A DNA stretch of 64,000 nt from Blastocatellia bacterium (lineage in GTDB: Bacteria; Acidobacteriota; Blastocatellia; UBA7656). The stretch spans positions 32,001-96,000 of the forward strand of contig CAVXWP010000004.1 of NCBI GenBank assembly GCA_963765495.1, in the 5' to 3' direction. Both the position numbers and the translations under genes were made by a program. Positions 18,843 to 27,748 of the stretch are shown here, piece by piece (within the stretch, counting starts at the first letter, position 1; every line of letters starts with the position of its first letter). The notes below the pieces were generated by a model. That model did no database searches. It was not told where the DNA came from and saw only the letters and a list, made by a program, of their open reading frames with translations.

Positions 18843-19187
18843 ATGAACAGAAAGCAGATTTACTTGCTCATTACTGTAATTGGCCTTGTTGCCCCTTACT
18901 ACTTCTTCATCTCATTTCTGGCCGCTCACGGCTTAAATGCAGGGGTATTTCTGCAACAACTCTTCGGCACCCCCATATCAGCATTCTTTGCCGTTGATCT
19001 GATTTTGTCCTGTGTGGTCTTTGTAAGCTTCTTGATTCAAGAAGCGACCCGCTATTCGATCAAGCATCGGTGGATTTATATTCTGGCGCTTCTTACAGTA
19101 GGTCTTTCGTTTGCGTTACCACTCTTTTTATATGTGCGTGAATCCCGGATCGATGCAGGAGCGCGTTCGGCTGGAGTCGCTCTATAA
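18843..19187 (+). CDS. DUF2834-like membrane protein
   Basis: Three TM helices; SAFFAVDLILS; VGLSFALPLFLYVRE. Confidence 0.8.
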   Translation: MNRKQIYLLITVIGLVAPYYFFISFLAAHGLNAGVFLQQLFGTPISAFFAVDLILSCVVFVSFLIQEATRYSIKHRWIYILALLTVGLSFALPLFLYVRESRIDAGARSAGVAL

Positions 19188-19350
19188 TCCCCCGGAGCGG
19201 GCTTTCAAAGGTTTCAAGCTAAACAGACCGCAAAAGATCGGCGCAAATGAGTTTGAATGAAAGACGGATCGGACAGATCAGACGGATTTTCAATGTTCTG
19301 ACCATATTTGATCGACATTTTGAAGAAAGGAAATTGCACACAGCCAGCAC

Positions 19351-19980
19351 ATGCAACAGCTTGAAACCCTATATCCTGCTATCGTCTTCGATTTCGGTGG
19401 CGTTCTCATAGACTGGAACCCGCGCTACCTCTATCAAAAGTTGTTTAACGATCCCCTTGCCATGGAAGGCTTTCTCACAGAGATCGGCTTTGTCGAGTGG
19501 AACATGCTCCAGGATAAAGGGCGTCCTTTCGCAGAAGCGGTCAGCGAATTATCTGAAAGATTCCCTCATTATGCTGATCTTATAAAAGCTTACAAAGATC
19601 GCTGGGAAGAATCCATTGGTGGCCCTATCCAATCGACTGTGGATTTACTCTACTCATTGAAGCAGGCAGGATATTCACTGTATGGGTTGAGCAACTGGTC
19701 GGCAGAGACGTTCGAGCGTATCCGTAACAAGCACGAATTCTTAAGCTGGTTTGAAGATATTGTGATAAGCGGCGAGGTCAAGATGGTCAAGCCTGACCCG
19801 CGCATCTACAGCGTGTTATTGGAGAGGATAGGTCGGCCAGCACAAGAGTGTCTTTTTATTGATGACTCAGAACCCAACATAGCGGTCGCCCTTGAGTTAG
19901 GGTTCAAGACTATTCGATTTGAGTCAGCACAGCAGTTGGAAGAGACGTTGTACGGTATGGGTCTATTGAAGAGAGATTGA
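19351..19980 (+). CDS. HAD family phosphatase (YihX-like)
   Basis: FDFGGVL motif I, LSNW motif II, KPDPRIY motif III, FIDD motif IV. Confidence 0.93.
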   Translation: MQQLETLYPAIVFDFGGVLIDWNPRYLYQKLFNDPLAMEGFLTEIGFVEWNMLQDKGRPFAEAVSELSERFPHYADLIKAYKDRWEESIGGPIQSTVDLLYSLKQAGYSLYGLSNWSAETFERIRNKHEFLSWFEDIVISGEVKMVKPDPRIYSVLLERIGRPAQECLFIDDSEPNIAVALELGFKTIRFESAQQLEETLYGMGLLKRD

Positions 19981-20312
19981 GGCGGTCGGGTAGAGAGTCC
20001 GATTACGATCCTTTGCTGCGCGGCGGGACACAGACTGCAAGTATTAGATGTAGGCGGGGTTGTTGAGTATTACCCCTCACGCAGAGTTGTTTTTCGGGTT
20101 GATGCCGGAGACACGATCATACGGTACTCGGAGCGTCAATTTTTTATAATTGACATTACCCCGGTACCCGTGACTATTCCCGGAAAAACAGCAAACAATC
20201 TTCAGATTAACGCAGGAATAGGATTTCGGTTTTGACTAATTGGCAGACTGCATAAGCAAAATCACAAACATGCAAGAGGCTGAAAGCCTGTCAAACTGAG
20301 CAACCTGTCAGA

Positions 20313-20519
20313 TAAGCTTTCGGGCAATCGGGAGCGAACCCGCTTTTATGGACAACAGGCTTGATGGCACCCGAGGCCTACGTTTTAAGTTCTGCGATTG
20401 ATGGCTGGATTATGAATGAGAGCGGCAACGAAATTCGTATGCGAGCAGCCACAGCTTATAACACTTATCAGAGATGTGGAATTAAAGCGGCGCTTAATTT
20501 ATTTTCTAACACCTGGTAA
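20313..20519 (+). pseudogene. 3' remnant of a conserved hypothetical gene (missing from the ORF track)
   Basis: Reads GANPLLWTTGLMAPEAYVLSSAIDGWIMNESGNEIRMRAATAYNTYQRCGIKAALNLFSNTW*, a C-terminus recalled from an uncharacterised family. Closed upstream by TAA, with no 5' part present. Confidence 0.6.
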
Positions 20520-20784
20520 TGTGCAGGACCAATTGATTCTCATGCTAGAGAGGCCCTTTCGGCAAAGCGGGCAAACAAACAGGAGGGCAAGGAGACTGTT
20601 ATTTCCGGTATACTCTCTTCTACCGCAAAATTCTTTGTTAGGCAGAGATCGTCCCTTATTTCATTTACTCGTTTCCGCTCGGGCAGGGCAGCCCGAGCGG
20701 CTGCTCTTACATCTGTAACATTTGCAAATGGTTTTCAGTTCAAGAACCTTTGCTATCATCAATCACTGAGGATAAAGTACAACG

Positions 20785-21624
20785 ATGCTTCGGTTAGCCG
20801 TTAAATTCTTGCCTGTTCTTCTTGTCTCTTTTCTCTTTGCGGGACAAGCATCATTATCTTTTCAACAAGCTAAAGTTTCAATCTCGACTCCCGAAGAGTT
20901 TCAACTGGAATTCACTTCCGTCCCTTGTAAGGATAAAGATCGCCTCGATGCCGTAAAGGCTCTGTTCTTAAAGATGGGGGCCTCAGAATCGGACATTTCT
21001 GTTGAGAAATTCAAGAATGTTGAGAACCTTGTCGTATCCAAACCCGGCCCTTCACAGGAAAGGATTGTCCTCGGCGCTCATTACGATAAGGTTTCTGATG
21101 GGTGCGGCGCTGTTGATAACTGGACAGGCATTGTAACTCTGGCTCATCTCTATAAAACCATCAAAGATACTCCTTTGAATAAGTCCTTTCTTTTTGTCGC
21201 ATTTGGGAAAGAAGAGAAAGGGCTTGTCGGCTCAAACGCAATGGTGGGGGCAATAAAGAAAGAGGACCTGCCACAATACTGCGCCATGATAAACATCGAC
21301 AGCCTCGGTATGGGCGTGCCTCAAGCCGCAGACAATATGTCGAGCAAGAAACTATTGGCGTTGGCCGCCGATCTGGCTAAAGAAGCAGAAATACCCTACG
21401 CGCACGCAAGCATTGCCGGTGCAGATGCAGACTCAAGCTCATTCCTCGATAAGAAGATTCCAGCGATAACGATCCATGGATTGACAAACCAATGGTCTTC
21501 GATTCTGCATAGCAGCAAGGACCAGCCATCGAAGGTAAACGCTGCAAGCGTCTACCTGGGCTATAGACTTGCCCTGTTAATGTTGAGCCGTCTCGACGCT
21601 TCTAGCTGTCACGCATACAACTAG
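20785..21624 (+). CDS. Secreted M28 family metallopeptidase
   Basis: Signal peptide; GAHYD, GAVDNWTG, FGKEEKGLVGS, INIDSLG, LHSSKD. Confidence 0.9.
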   Translation: MLRLAVKFLPVLLVSFLFAGQASLSFQQAKVSISTPEEFQLEFTSVPCKDKDRLDAVKALFLKMGASESDISVEKFKNVENLVVSKPGPSQERIVLGAHYDKVSDGCGAVDNWTGIVTLAHLYKTIKDTPLNKSFLFVAFGKEEKGLVGSNAMVGAIKKEDLPQYCAMINIDSLGMGVPQAADNMSSKKLLALAADLAKEAEIPYAHASIAGADADSSSFLDKKIPAITIHGLTNQWSSILHSSKDQPSKVNAASVYLGYRLALLMLSRLDASSCHAYN

Positions 21625-21763
21625 AGGTAACGGCGTATAATCCGATTGCGTGAGCCATTGTTGCGGCTGCCTGAACACACATCAGTCATTGCCCTTCGGG
21701 CGATCCGGGCAGGGACAAGCCCGCGCCGTGCGAAGCACCGTCTGCGCCAATCGCCCCTACACT

Positions 21764-22126
21764 TCACATGTTATAAGTCTGAAAACTCTTCTCCTTCTCG
21801 GTGAGGCAATCCATGCAGGTAACGGCCTCCGGCTCGGCGTCGAGACGTTCGGGCGAAATCTGCTTGCCGCACTTTATGCATGTTCCGTAGGTACCCTGAT
21901 TTATGCTCTGCAACGCGGCATAGATTTTTTCCAGCCGGTCGCTCATCATATCGGCGACCTCGGCTTCAATATCTGCCGCCTCTCCCATCTGCGGAGCGTT
22001 CGCCGCATTGATCTCCTGCCGGTCAATATCGGCGTTGACCTCGCTCCGGGCCATGTTCATTTCCTGCTCGATTCGATCACGCTCCCTTATCAGCTTCGCT
22101 CTGTATTTCTCTAAATCCAGTGACAT
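21764..22126 (-). CDS. TraR/DksA family C4 zinc-finger protein
   Basis: Coiled coil, then GTYGTCIKCGKQISPERLDAEPEAVTCMDC. Confidence 0.9.
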   Translation of the reverse strand: MSLDLEKYRAKLIRERDRIEQEMNMARSEVNADIDRQEINAANAPQMGEAADIEAEVADMMSDRLEKIYAALQSINQGTYGTCIKCGKQISPERLDAEPEAVTCMDCLTEKEKSFQTYNM

Positions 22127-22242
22127 CGGAAATCCTTTCGACACATCTTTTCAGCGTGCGCCGCAGAGCCGGGCAAGCACTGCGGCGCACATTCTAAACA
22201 TCACATTCTAAACATTACGCTAAACATTGCGGCCTGATCTTA

Positions 22243-23466
22243 TCAGTGCCGTATGTTTCGGGACCGCGACGGCGTAGGCTGCGATATGCGCTCAAGCGCG
22301 TTTGCCAGTTCCCTGTCACGCTCGGCCTCAAGCGCGATGTCGGCCATGGCGATGATCCCCTTCAGCCTGCCGTTGTGGTCGATGATGGGTATGCGGCGAA
22401 TCTGGTTCTGCCCCATCTTGCGGATGGCGTCTATAACAGATTCATCCGGCGTACAGGTGACTACGTCTTCGCTCATAGCGCCCGCAGCGGTCGCCTGCCG
22501 GGTGTCCCCGCCTTCGGCCAGCACGCGACACACTATGTCACGGTCTGTCACTATGCCGACCAGCCGCCCGTTGTCTACTACGGGAAGCGAGCCAACGTTT
22601 TCGTCTTCAAGCCTGTTAGCCACTTCTCTCAGATTGGTGTTTGATGAACAGGTGGTAACATCGGTCGTCATAACGTCCTGGCATCTGAGGTAGTTCCTGC
22701 TGTACCAGGGGCTTGTGAATTGTCCTTCCGCCGGGTAGTTGTAGGGCGTGTTGTACTGACCTGAGTTGTACTGACCTGAGTAGTACTGGTCTGTATTGTA
22801 CTGGCTTGTCTCTCGGCCCCGGTACGAGCGGTCATAATCGCGCCCGTAGTCGCGGCCCGATCTTCCACGATCCCACTCGCGGCGATCTTCAAACTCACCA
22901 TCGTAATCCGTTTCGTAGAGACGGCCTCCCGACCGAACCGGATTCTCATAGTCGCGAGTGAAAGACCCGCCGTAGCGGGCGAGATTTGGCTGACCTTCCC
23001 TCTCGTACTCGCCATAGCGAGGGTTGAAGGATTTTGTGTAATAGTTATCGCGGGGGCCTTGATCTCTGTCAAAGTCCCGGTTGCGGCGATTGTAATAATC
23101 GCTTTCAGCGCGCCCGTATGTTTCCCTTCGAGGGCGTCCGAATTTTTCACGCGAATATAGATCGCTGCTTCCCTCTCTGTAGTCTTCGCTGGTTTGGTAA
23201 GGCTGCTCGCGATAATAGCGATTGCGGTTCTCTGTTTGAGTTTGATAGTTTTGACCGCGGCCGTATCTGTTGCGGAAATCTTCATTCGCAGCCCTGAGCG
23301 AGGTTGATCTTCTTGGGAAATCGCGCCTGCTTTCGCGCCCGGTGATATATCCGCCGCGACTCTGTTGCTGATTCAAGTCTGGATTTGTGGTTTGATCAGT
23401 CGGTGTCCTGTCAACCTGCCTGCTCGGCGTCTGGTTTGTCTCTCTGCCTTCTTTAGTTCTGCTCAT
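22243..23466 (-). CDS. CBS-pair protein with a long R/Y/G/D-rich low-complexity N-terminus
   Basis: C-terminal CBS pair (DVMTTDV...VGSLPVV...GIVTDRDIV...QIRRIPII...GIIAMADIA); ~260 aa of disordered N-terminus. Confidence 0.9.
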   Translation of the reverse strand: MSRTKEGRETNQTPSRQVDRTPTDQTTNPDLNQQQSRGGYITGRESRRDFPRRSTSLRAANEDFRNRYGRGQNYQTQTENRNRYYREQPYQTSEDYREGSSDLYSREKFGRPRRETYGRAESDYYNRRNRDFDRDQGPRDNYYTKSFNPRYGEYEREGQPNLARYGGSFTRDYENPVRSGGRLYETDYDGEFEDRREWDRGRSGRDYGRDYDRSYRGRETSQYNTDQYYSGQYNSGQYNTPYNYPAEGQFTSPWYSRNYLRCQDVMTTDVTTCSSNTNLREVANRLEDENVGSLPVVDNGRLVGIVTDRDIVCRVLAEGGDTRQATAAGAMSEDVVTCTPDESVIDAIRKMGQNQIRRIPIIDHNGRLKGIIAMADIALEAERDRELANALERISQPTPSRSRNIRH

Positions 23467-23531
23467 TAATTTCTACCCCCTTAAAAGTTCGGTTTGTTCT
23501 CATTTCCCTCTTGTTGTTTGCGGCAACCGGC

Positions 23532-24281
23532 CTACCAGCCAATGGCGTTGGTAAGGCGGCTGAACCAGGACGGTGACTTGCTGATCTGTTCAAGCGCTGC
23601 TTCCAGTTCCATGTCATCTTCGGTTTCGCGGGCCACATCTGCCATAGAGATTATCCCTACCAGACGGCCACGCCCGTCAACGACAGGAATACGCCGCACC
23701 TGATGGTCGCCCATCTCCTGGATCATATCTACGACACGCTCGTTGTGATTGGCGGTGTAAAGGTCATCGGACATACAGTCTTCCGCCTTGAGATTCACAT
23801 CGTCTTTGTCTGTGCTGAGCCCACGGATTACGATGTCGCGGTCTGTGACTATGCCTTCCAGCTTGTTGTCATCGCCAAGGACCGGGATCGAGCCGATGTC
23901 TTCGTCTCTCATGAGCCGGGCGACCTCTGTTATCGGAGTGTCGCGCCGACAGGTGATCACTTCCCGCGTCATTATTTCGCGGCAACGCAGATGGGACCGG
24001 CCAGGCCCCTGACCATAAAGGGTGTCTCGACGTGGCTCAAAGGCGGGCGTGGAAAAATCCCTGCCATAATCTCTGTCTACGGCCGTTCCGTACCCGCTAG
24101 GGCCTCTGTCGTATCCAGAGCCGTAGTTTGGTTCCTGATTGAGGTTGTAGCCTCTTGAATATCCTCGGTAATCTTCTCCATAGCCCCGACGAGGTTGTCG
24201 GTTGAAAGACTCTCTGTTGCTTCGTCCTTCATAATCGACATTATCTTCGTAGGTGCTGTAATTTCTGTTCCTATTCGCCAT
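23532..24281 (-). CDS. CBS-pair protein, paralog of the downstream gene
   Basis: LRCREIMT...IGSIPV...GIVTDRDIV...QVRRIPVVD...GIISMADVA. Start at ATG 24281 behind AAGGAG. Confidence 0.9.
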   Translation of the reverse strand: MANRNRNYSTYEDNVDYEGRSNRESFNRQPRRGYGEDYRGYSRGYNLNQEPNYGSGYDRGPSGYGTAVDRDYGRDFSTPAFEPRRDTLYGQGPGRSHLRCREIMTREVITCRRDTPITEVARLMRDEDIGSIPVLGDDNKLEGIVTDRDIVIRGLSTDKDDVNLKAEDCMSDDLYTANHNERVVDMIQEMGDHQVRRIPVVDGRGRLVGIISMADVARETEDDMELEAALEQISKSPSWFSRLTNAIGW

Positions 24282-24322
24282 AAATGGTTCTCCTTCGGTT
24301 GGTTTTCGTTCCATGTTCAAGT

Positions 24323-24339
24323 TGCAATAAGTATGCCGG
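24323..24339 (-). promoter_or_regulatory. Candidate sigma54 (-24/-12) promoter of the CBS-CBS-DksA cluster
   Basis: Minus strand reads CCGGCATACTTATTGCA: GG-N10-GC with TTGCA, ~40 nt upstream of ATG 24281. Confidence 0.55.
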
Positions 24340-24558
24340 GTTTGGAAAATCGAGAATACAACCTATCAAACCGCTCTAGCGCGTATTTACTTGAGTTTTC
24401 AACCCTTCACGCTTTGATTAGAGCATCACGAGTCCGTTTAAACCGTGATGCTTTAATACACCAGTGTTTTGAAAAAGAACTGGTAAAGAGTCGCTATCTG
24501 CTTCTGAGGCGGGAAGGTCTGAGCTTGAGACACATCTGTTGAGAGAGAAAAAACAGTT

Positions 24559-24621
24559 GCCACAGAGGCACAGAGACACAGAGGTCTTTATTTATTTTTC
24601 TGTGCCTGCGGTGCCTGTGGT
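24559..24621. repeat. Palindromic tandem-repeat element
   Basis: CCACAGAGGCACAGAGACACAGA...TCTGTGCCTGCGGTGCCTGTGG inverted arms. Confidence 0.65.
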
Positions 24622-24697
24622 GCTACGGCTGAACCCGCAGGCAAAATCCCCTCGCTTTGAGTTTGATCTTTCCGATGCTAATCTTAGAATCTTGAAT

Positions 24698-25651
24698 ATG
24701 GATGCGAAACCTGACATGACGCGGAAAGATGATTTCTTACGTCGCGCTCACGCGCCCTTGCAGGCCTGGGAGCTTGTCGGCAAAACTCCGCTGCTACGGC
24801 TCGGAAATATCGCGGCGCAGGCAGGCGGAGTAGAAATATGCGCCAAGGCAGAATGGTTCAACCCGGGCGGCTCGGTAAAAGACCGGCCTGCGCTCAGCAT
24901 GATAGTCGATGGCGAGCGGGCAGGGCTTTTGACAAAAGAGAAGATTATTCTCGACGCAACATCGGGCAACACCGGCATCGCTTACGCCTGGATAGGCGCG
25001 GCGCGCGGATACCGTGTGAGGCTTGCGCTGCCGCAGAATGCAAGCGAAGAACGAAAACGGATACTCAAGAGCTACGGCGCAGAACTTATCCTGACCAGCC
25101 CGCTTGAAGGCTCGGACGGGGCAATCCGCGAGGCCCGGCGACTTTATGCCGAAAACCCGGATTTGTACTTTTACCCCGACCAGTACAACAACCCGGCCAA
25201 CTGGCAGGCGCATTACGAGACTACCGCGCCTGAAATCTGGGAACAGACCTCTGGGCGCATAACACACTTTGTAGCCGGTCTGGGAACGAGTGGCACCTTC
25301 ATGGGCACAGGCCGTCGTTTGAAGGAATTCAACCCGGAAATCAAAATAATAGCATTCCAGCCCGATTCGCCTTTTCACGGGCTTGAAGGTCTGAAGCATA
25401 TGGAAACCGCTATCGTGCCGGGTATTTATGATTCGTCGCTTGCGGATGAGAATTACGAGATCAGCACGGAGGAGGCGCACGAATACACCCGGTTGCTCGG
25501 CAAGCAGGAAGGTCTGCTTGTAGGCGTATCGTCGGGGGCGGCTCTGGTCTGCGCGCTCAAGGTTGCGAGCAAACTTAATTCCGGCCTCATAGTGACCATC
25601 TTCCCCGACGGGGGCGATAAGTATCTGAGCGAGCGATTCTGGGAGCGTTAG
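24698..25651 (+). CDS. cysM: PLP-dependent cysteine synthase (CysM-like)
   Basis: VGKTPL, KAEWFNPGGSVKDR (PLP lysine), DATSGNTGIA, DQYNNPAN, GLGTSGT, GVSSGA, DGGDKYLS. Confidence 0.9.
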   Translation: MDAKPDMTRKDDFLRRAHAPLQAWELVGKTPLLRLGNIAAQAGGVEICAKAEWFNPGGSVKDRPALSMIVDGERAGLLTKEKIILDATSGNTGIAYAWIGAARGYRVRLALPQNASEERKRILKSYGAELILTSPLEGSDGAIREARRLYAENPDLYFYPDQYNNPANWQAHYETTAPEIWEQTSGRITHFVAGLGTSGTFMGTGRRLKEFNPEIKIIAFQPDSPFHGLEGLKHMETAIVPGIYDSSLADENYEISTEEAHEYTRLLGKQEGLLVGVSSGAALVCALKVASKLNSGLIVTIFPDGGDKYLSERFWER

Positions 25652-25665
25652 AAGGAGGTTTCATA

Positions 25666-26091
25666 TTGGCCATCAAAGTCAAAAGCGAGCATCTGAATGA
25701 GATCAAGGCATTCGGCGAGAAGTCTTATCCGCACGAGTGCTGCGGCTTTTTATTGGGAACGAACGAGGGAGGGGCAAACATTTTGAGCGAGGTTTATCCC
25801 GCATCAAATGAGCGTCTCGATTCGCTTCATAACCGTTATTTGATTACACCTGAGCAATACAGAAAGGCCGATGCCTATGCGCGGTCAAAAGGGCTTGGAA
25901 TCATTGGCTACTACCATTCGCACCCGGACCATCCGGCGGCCCCGTCAGGTTATGATCTCGATCATTCCTGCTGGCCCGGCGAATCTTACATCATCGTCGC
26001 GGTCGAACAGGCAAAGGCCGCCGCGCTGAATTCATTTACCAAACCTGATTACTCTCAGTTTGTTCAGGAAGAGATCACGATAGAAGATTAG
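25666..26091 (+). CDS. JAB/MPN+ (M67) metalloprotease, Mec-like
   Basis: YPHECCGFLLG ... GYYHSHPDHPAAPSGYD (HSH-x7-S-x2-D). TTG start with AAGGAGG RBS. Confidence 0.92.
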   Translation: MAIKVKSEHLNEIKAFGEKSYPHECCGFLLGTNEGGANILSEVYPASNERLDSLHNRYLITPEQYRKADAYARSKGLGIIGYYHSHPDHPAAPSGYDLDHSCWPGESYIIVAVEQAKAAALNSFTKPDYSQFVQEEITIED

Positions 26092-26177
26092 CGGCGGGTT
26101 TTGCTTTTTTCACGCAGCAACCCTAGAATTTAAATTAAGTGGCGAGCACAACTTGTCAAACTTAGAAGGAGATATAT

Positions 26178-27623
26178 ATGTCGGTCAAGATTCTGGTCCC
26201 CACCGCGCTCAGGACATACACGGGGGGCAATGACACGGTCACGGTCGAAGGGAGCACGGTTGAGCAGGCACTAGGCGCGCTCGTCCAACAACATCCCGAT
26301 TTGAAGAAGCACCTCTATAATGATGAGGGGCAGCTTCGTCACTTCGTCAATATTTACGTCAATGACGAGGACATTCGGTATCAGGAGAAAGGAGCTACGC
26401 CGCTAAAAGAGAACGACGAAGTGAGCATAGTGCCTTCGATTGCCGGAGGCTCGATAGCCGTTGACGCCGCCGCCGAGGAGGTCGAACTCGACCGCGACGA
26501 GGTGTTGCGATACAGCCGCCATCTGATAATGCCCGAAGTCGCTATGGAAGGGCAGAAAAAGCTCAAGGCGGCCCGGGTGCTCTGCATAGGCGCAGGGGGG
26601 CTGGGCTCTCCGCTCGCACTCTATCTTGCGGCGGCTGGCGTGGGACATCTGGGTATCGTTGATTTCGACGTAGTGGATTTCACAAACCTCCAGAGACAGA
26701 TCATTCATTCGACCGATGATGTCGGACGCCCAAAACTCGAATCGGCTAAAGATCGGCTGGGCGCGCTCAACCCCCATATCGAAATCGAAACATACGAGAC
26801 GGCTCTCTCTTCGGAAAATGCGCTGGAACTCTTCGCGCCCTACGACATCATTGTGGACGGCACAGACAATTTTCCCACCCGCTATCTGGTGAATGATGCC
26901 TGCGTGCTGCTTGGCAAGCCAAATGTTTACGGCTCGATATTCCGTTTTGAAGGACAGGCGACGGTTTTTTACGCGAAGCAAGGCCCGTGCTATCGGTGTC
27001 TTTACCCGGAACCGCCGCCGCCGGGGCTCGTGCCCAGTTGCGCCGAGGGCGGGGTGCTCGGAGTCCTGCCCGGTGTGATCGGGGTGATTCAGGCTATCGA
27101 GACGGTCAAATTGATTCTCGGAAAAGGCGAATCGCTTACGGGCCGGTTGCTGCTATTTGATGCGCTCAAGATGAAGTTCCGCGAATTGAAGCTCCGTAAA
27201 AACCCGGAATGCCCGATATGCGGCGAGAACCCCACTATTCACAAGTTGATTGATTATCAGGAATTTTGCGGCGTCACGCCTCAAGAGGAGGTTAGTCTCG
27301 GATCGGAATTTGAGATCACTCCGATTGAGTTAAAAGAGAAGATTGATCGTGGAGACGATTTCGTGCTTGTAGACGTTCGCGAGCCCGAAGAGTTTGCCAT
27401 CTGTCGAATACCCGGATCGAAGCTCATCCCGCTCAGAACCGTGCCCGAACGATTGCACGAACTTTCGAGCGCCGACAACATCATAGTTCATTGCCGCAGC
27501 GGGGTGCGAAGCGGGCAGGCCGTAGAATTTATGAAACAGGCGGGCTATCGAAAGGTCAAAAACCTGGTCGGTGGCATCCTCCGATGGTCCGATGACGTGG
27601 ACCCGAGCGTGCCGAAGTATTGA
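26178..27623 (+). CDS. moeB: Fusion of MoaD/CysO-like ubiquitin-like domain, MoeB/E1 adenylyltransferase and rhodanese
   Basis: N-terminal beta-grasp domain ending VSIVPSIAGG (aa ~91); RYSRHL, GAGGLG, NLQRQ, CYRC...CPIC; C-terminal rhodanese VHCRSGVRS. Confidence 0.93.
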   Translation: MSVKILVPTALRTYTGGNDTVTVEGSTVEQALGALVQQHPDLKKHLYNDEGQLRHFVNIYVNDEDIRYQEKGATPLKENDEVSIVPSIAGGSIAVDAAAEEVELDRDEVLRYSRHLIMPEVAMEGQKKLKAARVLCIGAGGLGSPLALYLAAAGVGHLGIVDFDVVDFTNLQRQIIHSTDDVGRPKLESAKDRLGALNPHIEIETYETALSSENALELFAPYDIIVDGTDNFPTRYLVNDACVLLGKPNVYGSIFRFEGQATVFYAKQGPCYRCLYPEPPPPGLVPSCAEGGVLGVLPGVIGVIQAIETVKLILGKGESLTGRLLLFDALKMKFRELKLRKNPECPICGENPTIHKLIDYQEFCGVTPQEEVSLGSEFEITPIELKEKIDRGDDFVLVDVREPEEFAICRIPGSKLIPLRTVPERLHELSSADNIIVHCRSGVRSGQAVEFMKQAGYRKVKNLVGGILRWSDDVDPSVPKY

Positions 27624-27647
27624 TAGAACTCGTCAGGAATCGCTTCC

Positions 27648-27747
27648 GTGATACGTGATGCGTGATAGTCGAGATTTGGGATTCCCGGCTAGGAGAAACT
27701 TGTCCTAAAGGATCACGCATCACGTATCACGTATCGCGTATTACGCA
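27648..27747. repeat. Palindromic 7-bp-period repeat element (GTGATGC/GCATCAC)
   Basis: GTGATACGTGATGCGTGAT ... ATCACGCATCACGTATCACGTATCGCGTATTACGC. Confidence 0.75.
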
Positions 27748-27748
27748 A

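Noticed and set aside
20416-20718. 100-aa ORF and possible c-di-GMP riboswitch
   Set aside because: The ORF overlaps the gene remnant in another frame and has no motif; the GGCAAA words lack the riboswitch P1/P2 arrangement.
21686-21762. GTAGGGGCG-type REP-like sequence on the minus strand
   Set aside because: Single degenerate copy with no associated transposase; too weak to call.
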